Below are positions 54,854 to 64,000 of a stretch of DNA of 64,000 nucleotides, one piece after another. The position numbers and the translations under genes are program-made. The notes under the pieces are model-generated. The model was not told where the DNA came from and made no database searches. It worked only from the letters and a program-made list of their open reading frames with translations. How positions within the stretch are numbered: the stretch's first letter is position 1; each line of letters begins with the position of its first letter. Source of the stretch: Eledone cirrhosa (taxonomy: Eukaryota); NCBI GenBank assembly GCA_964016885.1, contig OZ024743.1:19158001-19222000 (forward strand), in the 5' to 3' direction.

Positions 54854-57800
54854 TGGGGATTCCTTTCTTTGTTTCTGTGCCTCTCCTTTGTTCTGTCCTA
54901 CGCCATTTTGTTTCTGTGTGTGTGTTGTGTGCTCAGTCTGCGCATGCGCCACCTCCGGGTGTCTGTGTGTGTTTATGTTCATTTATGTATTTGTTTATTT
55001 ATATGTTACTGGTTGGTTGTTTGTTCTATGTGTGTGTGTGTTTTCATTTTGTCCATAATTGTAAGTTGTGATGTTGCTGTTCCACTCATATTTTCTATTT
55101 AATTTTGGTTGTAATTCTTTTATGTTTATTGCCTCTGTAAATTGTCTAAACATTGCGTCTTTTCTGTGTGTAGATTCTATTTTTATTTCTATGTTCTCTA
55201 ATTTACCCTTGTGTTCTATTTTAGCATGTTGGTAGAGTACAGATGATTCTTTACTATCTTGAAGGTCTCGCCAGTGTTCATTTATCCGTTCCCCTACACT
55301 ACGAGCTGTCTCACCTATGTACACTATATTTTTGTCTCTACATTGTCCTTCAGTACATCTTATGCTATACACTACATTTCTAGTTTTACAGTTAATATGG
55401 GGGCTTATTTTACAGGTTATACATTTCTTATCTATACATGAGGGTCTTTGAAAAGGGTATGTCTTGCTAATAAGTGTTTTTACGGAGGTACCTGGTCTTT
55501 CTACTATCTTAATATTGAGTTTATGTTTATTTAGCGCCCTTCTAAATTTGTAAGCTAATTCACCTCTAGGGGTTGTATTGATGAACATTACACTCTGGTA
55601 TTTATTGCTATCATACCATGAGTTTATTCTATTAGCCTTGTTCCTAGTTCTTTCTATTCTATTCCAAAATTTGCTCCGATACAAGGGGCACGTCCCATTT
55701 ATGTCATTATTTACCATTTTTTCCCATTTGGTTCTGGCTCCTCTATACACTCTGATTTTATCTCTCTGATTGTAGCCAGAGAACTGCATACGGTGGATGA
55801 AGTGTTGTATGTGTCTCTCTAGTTCTTCGGGGTTGCACATGCGGGACACGTTTCTCTTCACCCATACCAAATCCGCAATCAGTATGTTGATTTTGGCATG
55901 GTCAGAAACGGCCGAGTTTCGGTGGATCAGATGTTTGGAAGTCATGGGTTTGGCATAATGGGAATGGAGGATTTGTTTTTTGTTATTAATGGTATCTAAC
56001 CAGAGCTCTGTGTCTAGTACAGGTAATCGATGGTTGGGGTGTTTACTTGGGTAGTCTATAGTAACTCTAATGCTCTGGTGGATGGAGTTAGCTATTTGCT
56101 GGATGCTTTCCATTGTGTTTTTCTCTAGTTCCTGACTGTTCTCTAGTGGGGGTGTCTTAACTACGATGTTTATATCATCAACGTAGCGGGAGTACATTAT
56201 CAGGTTTAAGGGGTCTTCTAATTGTTCTTTAAGCTTAAGTTTAAGTCTACTGTCCCACCACACCATGAATAAGTTAGCTATGTCGCCTGCAATGCTAACA
56301 CCAATGGCTGCTCCTTCCTCTTGGGCATATGTTTTTCCATTAAATTTGAACATATGTTCCTTAAGGGTTAGTTTTATGCTGGCCCCTACCGCATGTGCAA
56401 TCATTTTCTTCTGTTCATCGTGGTCTTCGAGTGTCCGTATGGCTCTGGTCCACCCGTTCCATCTATCTGTGTGGGTTTTCTTGGCCATTGAGGTAATGGT
56501 AGGTGGTTTGCCTCTTGCTGGTCTTGTAGGGCACAGGTTGCTAAGGTCATACGTGTCTAGGTAATTATTACTATAGGTAAGTTTAAGTAGGAGTCCCAGC
56601 TCACTGGTATCAATCCCACGCAACTCAACATTGCTCTCACTGATCATTTCTACGCATTTCTCCACAGCAAACTCCACGTCAATAGATGGATACAGGGACA
56701 CAACATCCATACTACCTATTATGCAGTTTGTTAGGTCCCTGGATCGGTTACTCACGCCGTTTCTGTTGTGGGGGTCCTCCGTGCTGTCACATACATCTGG
56801 GGACATTTCGATGATGGGGCGTATGATCAGGGAGAGGAAGTAGGACAGTCTGTAGTTACTAGCAATGTTAGCTCCACAGACTGGCCGTGTTGGTGGTCCC
56901 GCGACAGGGTCACAGCCCGTTTTATGGTCTTTTCGAAGCCCATACAACGCCGGCACGTCATTGTTCTAGGCCTGGAAGTTGTTGGCAGTCCTTTTGTTGG
57001 GCTGCATTATATTCGTCCACATCACCATATGGGCATTAAGGGCTTTTTCTCTATCCTCATGCTCCTGTGGTGCTACCTCTCTTGTGTTAGTGATGTGGGG
57101 TTGCATTGCCTGGATGTAGTTTGGCAGGCTGTCAACCGACATTCTGCCAGACTTGTCTGTTGGAAATCATGCTATCTCTCCACTACGCGAGCGCTGCATG
57201 AGCTTACGAAAGCCATTTGCAGATTTTTCTCCCAGTTGCTGGGCCTCCATTATATTATGCTTATTGCTATACTGTTCTATAATATTTCTAAGTTCGGATC
57301 TAGCTATACTAAATTGTGCTTCTGTTTGTTCATCGACCTGCGACGGCAATTGCGTGCGTTTATTAAATGGTAAAGTCGTGGCGTGGACTCGTCGCAGGTC
57401 GAACGATTTATCGGAGGGATTATAAAAACTAGAGTTCCAGGCTGCTGCTTTATGTGTCCTAGTGCTATTGTTATTGTTAGTTGTGTTGTTTCTATTTCTA
57501 TTTCCACCAACAGCCTCATGGTTGTTTCTATGTCTGTCATAATTACTCCTGTCTCTTTCCACTGGCTCATTGTTGTTATCTACCCTATTTTGTGTGTCTG
57601 TGTGTTCGACTTGGTTATTTTCTTTGTCCTTAGTCTCCCTTCTCCTTTTAATCCTATTACTTTCCCTTATTTCTGTGATTTCTGTGCTACTGTCATTACT
57701 TGTTCTCTGTGTCTGTGTGTTTGTTAAGATTGTGGTGGTGCGAGAGGCATTGAATGTGTATGTGTTGTTGTTGTTGATGTGTGCTGTTGTTGATGTGTGT

Positions 57801-58873
57801 TGTTGTCTCCGTGTGTAATATTATTGTTGTGTGTGTTGTTATTGTTGTTTGTGTCTGCGTGTCTGTTGTTGTTGTTTCTGGGTATGTTATTATTGTTGTT
57901 CTTGTTGCTGTGTGTGTTGTTTGTGGCTGTGTGTCTGTTATTGTTGGGATGTGTGTTGTATATGTGTGTGCGTATATTGTTGCTTTTGTTTTTGTTTTTG
58001 TTTTTGAGGCTCCAGCGTAGTTTTGTAAATGATTTTTCTATTTCTGACAGACAACTAATCATATTTACCTTCTTGAATGTCGCATACCTAGGTGGAAGTT
58101 GTAATGCAGATAATTCATCGTCATCTATTCTTGTGTTGCCGTATATATTTGTGTTGTTGTTGTTGTTGAACTCATCTATTAATGAGGTGTCGGCCATATT
58201 TATACCGTCAATTTTGTCGGGATATCTATTGGTATTCTCTATAGTATCCTGATTTAGCTTTATCTGCTTAAGCCGCTTTAGTTTCTTGTTAAAGTGCTTA
58301 TCACATTCTTGAGTGATGTACTGTTCTTCAGGACGTATACGGCTTATAAATATTAGTTTCTCTCTTGGTGTGGTGATCCTAGCTATTTCTTTTATTAGGT
58401 TACGCTTATGATTTTCTTGATGACTTAATTCTCTATAGATCTTCTTTTTTATGTTTAGAATTAGTGTTCGTTTTAGCTTATCTGCTTGTTTTTTGGTGAG
58501 TTGTAATCTTCTTACGTCGGTGTTGATGGTGTTGGTGAAAACTCGGGACGAGGCACATTCATGTATGAAGTGTAGTTGTCGAGATGTTATGGTTTTTCGT
58601 AGACAACAGAACATGGTGGTTTTCAGTATGTTGTTAACCTGGCTAAGGCTTACGATATTTCGTTTCTGAATTTGTTTAGCAAGATTCTTTATCTGAAATC
58701 GTGTGTTGAAACCGATATTGTTATACTTTGGGAGGGTCATGTTGCCAATAAGAAACACACGCACCAGTTACTTTCACTTCAATTTATTATCATAATAAAT
58801 ATATAATAAATTATAAATTTATAAATTTCTGGTTGGTTGGTTGGTTCCACAACCAGATAGATGTTTATATATT

Positions 58874-58916
58874 GTCATAGTTCTTTCGTCACACACTCTG
58901 TGACCTCTTCAGTGAC
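58874..58916 (-). ncRNA. pLTR hammerhead (5' pLTR of minus copy)
   Basis: Exact reverse complement of 61945-61987. Confidence 0.7.
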
Positions 58917-58938
58917 TGGGGATTCCTTTCTTTGTCTC

Positions 58939-61743
58939 GCAGACACAAACAACAATAACAACACACACAACAATAATAACACACACAGAGACAACAACAA
59001 CACACATCAACAACAGCACACATCAACAACAACACATACACATTCAATGCCTCTCACCACCACCACAATCTTAACAAACACACAGACACAGAGAACAAGT
59101 AATGACGGTAGCACAGAAATCACAGTAATAAGGGAAAGTAATAGGATTAAAAGGAGAAGGGAGACTAAGGACAAAGAAAATAACCAAGTCGAACACACAG
59201 ACACACAAAATAGGGTAGATAACAACAATGAGCCAGTGGAAAGAGACAGGAGTAATTATGACCGACATAGAAACAACCATGAGGCTGTTGGTGGAAATAG
59301 AAATAGAAACAACACAACTAACAATAACAATAGCACTAGGACACATAAAGCAGCAGCCTGGAACACTAGTTTTTATAATCCCTCCGATAAATCGTTCGAC
59401 CTGCAACGAGTCCACGCCACGACTTTACCATTTAATAAACGCACGCAATTGCCGTCGCAGGTCGATGAACAAACAGAAGCACAATTTAGTATAGCTAGAT
59501 CCGAACTTAGAAATATTATAGAACAGTATAGCAAGAAGCATAATAGAATGGAGGCCCAGCAACTAGGAGAAAAATCTGCAAATGTCTTGCGTAAGCTCAT
59601 GCAGCGCTCGCGTAATGGAGAGATAGCATGCTTTCCAACAGACAAGTCTGACAGAACGTCGGTTGACAGCCTGCCAAACTACATCCAGGCAATGCAACCC
59701 CACATCACTAACACAAGAGAGGTAACACCACAAGAGCATGAGGATAGAGAAAAAGCCCTCAATGCCCATATGGTGATGTGGACGAATATAATGCAGCCCA
59801 ACAAAAGGACTGCCAACAACTTCCAGGCCTGGAACAATGACGTGCCGGCGTTGTATGGGCTTCGAAAAGACCATAAATCGGACTGTGACCCTGTCGCGGG
59901 ACCACCAGCACGACCAGTCTGTGGAGCTAACATTGCTAGTAACTACAGACTGTCCTACTTCCTCTCCCTGATCATACGCCCCATCATCGAAATGTCCCCA
60001 GATGTATGTGACAGCCCGGAGGACCTCCTCAGCAGAATCGGCGTGAGTAACCGATCTAGGGACCTAACAAACTGCATAATAGGTAGTATGGATGTTGTGT
60101 CCCTGTATCCATCTATTGACGTGGAGTTTGCTGTTGAGAAATGCGTAGAAATGATCAGTGAGAGCAATGTTGAGTTCCGTGGGATTGATACCAGTGAGCT
60201 GGGACTCCTACTTAAACTTACCTATAGTAATAATTACCTAGAAACATATGACCTTAGCAACCTGTGCCCTACAAGACCAGCAAGAGGCAGACCACCTACC
60301 ATTACCTCAATGGCCAAGAAAACCCACACAGATAGATGGAACGGGTGGACCAGAGACATACGGACACCCGAAGACGACAATGAACTGAAGAAAATGATTG
60401 CACATGCGGTAGGGGCCAGCATAAAACTAACCCTTAAGGAACATATGTTCAAATTTAATGGAAAAATATATGCCCAAGAGGAAGGAGCAGCCATTGGTGT
60501 TAGCATTGCAGGCGACATAGCTAACTTATTCATGGTGTGGTGGGACAGTAGACTTAAACTTAAGCTTAAAGAACAATTAGAAGACCCCTTAACCCTGATA
60601 ATGTACTCCCGCTACGTTGATGATATAAACATCGTAGTTAAGACACCCCCACTAGAGAACAGTCAGGAACTAGAGAAAAACACAATGGAAAGCATCCAGC
60701 AAATAGCTAACTCCATCCACCAGAGCATTAGAGTTACTATAGACTACCCAAGTAAACACCCCAACCATCGATTACCTGTACTAGACACAGAGCTCTGGTT
60801 AGATACCATTAATAACAAAAAACAAATCCTCCATTCCCATTATGCCAAACCCATGACTTCCAAACATCTGATCCACCGAAACTCGGCCGTTTCTGACCAT
60901 GCCAAAATCAACATACTGATTGCGCATTTGGTATGGGTGAAGAGAAACGTGTCCCGCATGTGCAACCCCGAAGAACTAGAGAGACACATACAACACTTCA
61001 TCCACCGTATGCAGTTCTCTGGCTACAATCAGAGATATAAAATCAGAGTGTATAGAGGAGCCAGAACCAAATGGGAAAAAATGGTAAATAATGACATAAA
61101 TGGGACGTGCCCCTTGTACTGGAGCAAATTTTGGAATAGAATAGAAAGAACTAGGAACAAGGCTAATAGAATAAACTCATGGTATGATAGTAATAAATAC
61201 CAGAGTGTAATGTTCATTGATACAACCCCTAGAGTTGAATTAGCTTACAAATTTAGAAGGGCCCTAAATAAACATAAACTCAATATTAAGATAGTAGAAA
61301 GACCAGGTACCACCGTAAAAACACTTATTAGCAAGACATACCCTTTTCAAAGACCCTCATGTATAGATAAGAAATGTATAACCTGTAAAATAAGCCCCCA
61401 TATTAACTGTAAAACTAGAAATGTAGTGTATAGCATAAGATGTACTGGAGGACAATGTAGAGACAAAAATATAGTGTACATAGGTGAGACAGCTCATAGT
61501 GTAGGGGAACGGATAAATGAACACTGGCGAGACCTTCAAGATAGTAAAGAATCATCTGTATTCTACCAACATGCTAAAATAGAACACAGGGGTAAATTAG
61601 AGAACATAGAAATAAAAATAGAATCTACACACAGAAAAGACGCAATGTTTAGACAATTTACAGAGGCAATAAACATAAAAGAATTACAACCAAAATTAAA
61701 TAGAAAATATGAGAGGAACAGCAACATCACAACTTACAATTAA
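58939..61743 (+). CDS. PLE reverse transcriptase plus GIY-YIG endonuclease, uninterrupted
   Basis: 960-aa ORF (first 26 aa are antisense pLTR); TDKS, LYGLRKDHK, SMDVVSLYP, QEEGAAIG, RYVDD, LPVLD, YAKP, CIDKKCITC, VVYSIRC...YIGET, EA..I...LNRK.E. Confidence 0.92.
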   Translation, partial: ADTNNNNNTHNNNNTHRDNNNTHQQQHTSTTTHTHSMPLTTTTILTNTQTQRTSNDGSTEITVIRESNRIKRRRETKDKENNQVEHTDTQNRVDNNNEPVERDRSNYDRHRNNHEAVGGNRNRNNTTNNNNSTRTHKAAAWNTSFYNPSDKSFDLQRVHATTLPFNKRTQLPSQVDEQTEAQFSIARSELRNIIEQYSKKHNRMEAQQLGEKSANVLRKLMQRSRNGEIACFPTDKSDRTSVDSLPNYIQAMQPHITNTREVTPQEHEDREKALNAHMVMWTNIMQPNKRTANNFQAWNNDVPALYGLRKDHKSDCDPVAGPPARPVCGANIASNYRLSYFLSLIIRPIIEMSPDVCDSPEDLLSRIGVSNRSRDLTNCIIGSMDVVSLYPSIDVEFAVEKCVEMISESNVEFRGIDTSELGLLLKLTYSNNYLETYDLSNLCPTRPARGRPPTITSMAKKTHTDRWNGWTRDIRTPEDDNELKKMIAHAVGASIKLTLKEHMFKFNGKIYAQEEGAAIGVSIAGDIANLFMVWWDSRLKLKLKEQLEDPLTLIMYSRYVDDINIVVKTPPLENSQELEKNTMESIQQIANSIHQSIRVTIDYPSKHPNHRLPVLDTELWLDTINNKKQILHSHYAKPMTSKHLIHRNSAVSDHAKINILIAHLVWVKRNVSRMCNPEELERHIQHFIHRMQFSGYNQRYKIRVYRGARTKWEKMVNNDINGTCPLYWSKFWNRIERTRNKANRINSWYDSNKYQSVMFIDTTPRVELAYKFRRALNKHKLNIKIVERPGTTVKTLISKTYPFQRPSCIDKKCITCKISPHINCKTRNVVYSIRCTGGQCRDKNIVYIGETAHSVGERINEHWRDLQDSKESSVFYQHAKIEHRGKLENIEIKIESTHRKDAMFRQFTEAINIKELQPKLNRKYERNSNITTYN

Positions 61744-61944
61744 GGACAAAATGAAAACACACACACACATAGAACAAACAACCAACCAGTAACATGTAAA
61801 TAAACAAATAAATAAATGAACATAAACACACACAGACACCCGGATGTGGCGCATGCGCAGACTTAGCACACAACACACACACAGAAACAAAATGGCGTAG
61901 GACAGAACAAGGGAGAGGCACAGAAACAAAGAAAGGAATCCCCA

Positions 61945-61987
61945 GTCACTGAAGAGGTCACAGAGTGTGTGACGAAAGAACTATGAC
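61945..61987 (+). ncRNA. Minimal type I hammerhead in pLTR
   Basis: gtca-CTGAAGA-g-gtcac-agagtgt-gtgac-GAAA-gaac-TA-tgac. Confidence 0.7.
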
Positions 61988-62907
61988 AATATATAAACAA
62001 CTATCTGGTTGTGGAACCAACCAACCAACCAGAAATTTATAAATTTAAAAATTTATTATAAATTTATAATAATAATAAATTGAAGTGAAAGCAACTGGTG
62101 CGTGTGTTTCTTATTGGCAACATGACCCTCCCAAAGTATAACAATATCGGTTTCAACACACGATTTCAGATAAAGAATCTTGCTAAACAAATTCAGAAAC
62201 GAAATATATATATATATATATGTGTGTGTATTGGTATATAAATATATATATATATATATATGTAAATATCTTTAAGTCGTTTGGAAGCCTCGACAATGCA
62301 AATGGGTAAATCTCCGGGTAACAAGATCCGGTGGTGGAGAGAGAGATGTAAATGGGTGTACGTTGAGATGCGTGGTGTGTATAAGATGTGTAAATGTGTA
62401 GAAGAAAGAAGGGAAGAATATAAAGGATAAAATAAAAATAACAACACAAGAGAGAGTTACCTTGGGAGAGATTTAATAGTCCCTATATATTTCGGATTCA
62501 CATCCATAAACTGGGGTTTTTTTCCGGGGTAAAGATTGTCTGTCGGACAGGTGCGAAACGCGTCCTCCGCTGTTTGTTTTTTTGAATATCTGAGGTATTC
62601 GGCAGACCGCGCGTGCGCGTGAAATGGGGTCCGTCGGGCAGAGGTCAGCGGCCGAATGAGGGAGTGGGGTGGCGCTAGGTGTCAGTCCATTCTCTGCCTG
62701 TTTGTTAAATGTTATTGTGTGTGTGTGTGCGTGTGTTGTTGTCTCGCTTGAGTGTGTGTGTGTGTGCGTGTGTTGTTGCCTTGTTTCTCTGTATTGGCAG
62801 TGTAGTATGTTCGTATAGTGGAATGCTACTGTGTGTGTGTGCGTGTGTGTGTGTGGTTGTCTCGTTTGTGTGTGCGTGTGTTGTGTGTTGCTACATCGTT
62901 TGTTAAC

Positions 62908-64000
62908 TTAAACCAGCCATCTCATTTCGCTTCTCTCTAATCGGTTGTTTATTTGCGGTTGCAGGCGTTTGATAAAAAGCGCTTCCTTGATACGTAACGT
63001 GCCGACGTTTCTTTCAGTTGCTAGAATTGTGACAATGCGCCTTCCGTCTTTGTTTCCGCATTTGTCTATGTGTTTCCGGAAAGTCGAGGCCCTGATTTTA
63101 GTGTGTTCCTTGATCCGGATGTGCAAAGGTCGGATTATGCTACCTATGTAGTATTGGTTGCACCTGTCACATTCTGTCTTATACACGACGTATGTGCGTA
63201 GGCAACAGTTCGCATGGCGTATCAGGCAGTCTCTGAGGGAGCATGCGTCAGTAGATTTCCCGGGTTTCTTGGAGAGGCATCTTTGCAGGGAGGGGCCCGA
63301 GTGGGCCAGGTGGATGTCGTTGCCCTCCCTCCGTATAGCCTTTCGGATAGCGTTGGTGGTATTCTCGCCCAGGTGTGGCATTTTAAGGAAGCACTTGCCT
63401 TGGGTGCCTCTCTGTCTCTTGTGTTTGGTGTCTCTTATTCTGTCTGTGATCGAGGTAGGGTACCCGTTCGTCTCCAGCACCTTGCGGAATTGCTTGGTAT
63501 GAGTGACACCACTCGCGGGATCGCTGCATCTGTTTTTGATCGGCGCGATCTCGTTCGTGATGTATCCTCTTTTGGCACTGTTAGGGAGGGTGGGCTTGTA
63601 GTGAACGAACAGGTCCCTGCAGGCTGCCTTTCGGCAGAAGTTGTAGTGGATCCTTCCCTGTTCCGTGATGTTGATTCGGATGTCGAGGAGGGCAAGTGAC
63701 CCGTCTTCGTTGGGGTGTTCAACACTGAAGTCAATGTTCTCGTCCGTGTTGTTGAACGTCTCACAGATTCTGTTCGCCGTGTCTTGGGAAGATGTGAGGA
63801 TGAGGATATCGTCCACGTACCTTGAGAAAAAGGCTACGGCGTTGAGTGCCGTACGTTCGAGGTTGTCCATGTAAGAGATCGCTAGCACCCCTGATAGGCT
63901 TGATCCCATGGGCAATCCCGAGGTTTGTTGGTATGTTTTGTCAAGGAATCCGAAGTAGGTGTTGTCGACGACGATGGGTAGGAGTTGGTGGATCTCAGTG
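62908..64000 (-). CDS. Second PLE family, RT C-half plus GIY-YIG (continues beyond window)
   Basis: Open to the edge: YQQTSGLPMGSSLS, RYVDD, LALLD, NGYP, VVYKTECDRC.QYYIG...L..RIKEH, EA.FIK..P.IN. Confidence 0.9.
   Translation of the reverse strand, partial: TEIHQLLPIVVDNTYFGFLDKTYQQTSGLPMGSSLSGVLAISYMDNLERTALNAVAFFSRYVDDILILTSSQDTANRICETFNNTDENIDFSVEHPNEDGSLALLDIRINITEQGRIHYNFCRKAACRDLFVHYKPTLPNSAKRGYITNEIAPIKNRCSDPASGVTHTKQFRKVLETNGYPTSITDRIRDTKHKRQRGTQGKCFLKMPHLGENTTNAIRKAIRREGNDIHLAHSGPSLQRCLSKKPGKSTDACSLRDCLIRHANCCLRTYVVYKTECDRCNQYYIGSIIRPLHIRIKEHTKIRASTFRKHIDKCGNKDGRRIVTILATERNVGTLRIKEALFIKRLQPQINNRLERSEMRWLV

Larger units (their letters stand above)
54654..58929 (-). mobile_element. 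Full-length PLE with pLTRs (ORF about 58764-54995, disrupted by a frameshift and stops)
   Basis: Direct repeat 54654-54872 and 58717-58929; RT motifs LYGLRKDHK, RPVC, SMDVVSLYPSI, RYVDD; CxxxxCxxC linker; GIY-YIG VVY...YIGET; ends in (TA)n. Confidence 0.9.
58932..62207 (+). mobile_element. Inverted, 5'-truncated second copy of the same PLE with 3' pLTR and tail
   Basis: Reverse complement of about 54654-57860; tail 62090-62207 repeats the ORF start and runs into (TA)n. Confidence 0.9.

Noticed and set aside
57167-57169. In-frame TGA at a position that is TGC (Cys) in the sister PLE copy; possible selenocysteine
   Set aside because: The same copy also has TGG>TAG (about 56966) and a frameshift (about 57740), and I recognised no SECIS; most likely an ordinary nonsense mutation
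58861-58938. N-terminus of the 960-aa ORF
   Set aside because: It is antisense pLTR sequence fused by the inversion, not the native start

Overview
AT-rich, microsatellite-laden eukaryotic DNA, almost entirely repeat-derived. The tRNA-derived SINE family and microsatellite load suggest an octopod cephalopod (inference). There is no CRISPR array, rRNA or real tRNA, and most ORFs in the track are microsatellite artefacts. Recognisable coding sequence comes from retroelements. (i) Penelope-like elements (PLEs; RT plus GIY-YIG endonuclease): a head-to-head inverted dimer at 54.6-62.2 kb, a second PLE running off the right edge, and three GIY-YIG 3' fragments. (ii) Five same-orientation copies of an R4/Dong-type RLE retrotransposon, all in (TAA)n tracts at 30-45.6 kb. 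(iii) Degenerate APE-type and RTE-type LINE remnants. There are also SINEs, a non-autonomous Helitron and MITE/foldback elements. The main unannotated signal is an RNA one. By manual folding I find about 25 type-I hammerhead ribozyme (HHR) motifs from about 13 sequence-unrelated families. They lie in PLE pseudo-LTRs and in many small non-coding tandem or palindromic modules that sit in (TA)n tracts (retrozyme-like satellites). Two families carry the compensatory U3-A8 core. A microsatellite-free island at about 16.1 kb looks like a host promoter and first exon (three CCAAT boxes, a YY1-like motif, a GTAAGT donor) on the minus strand.
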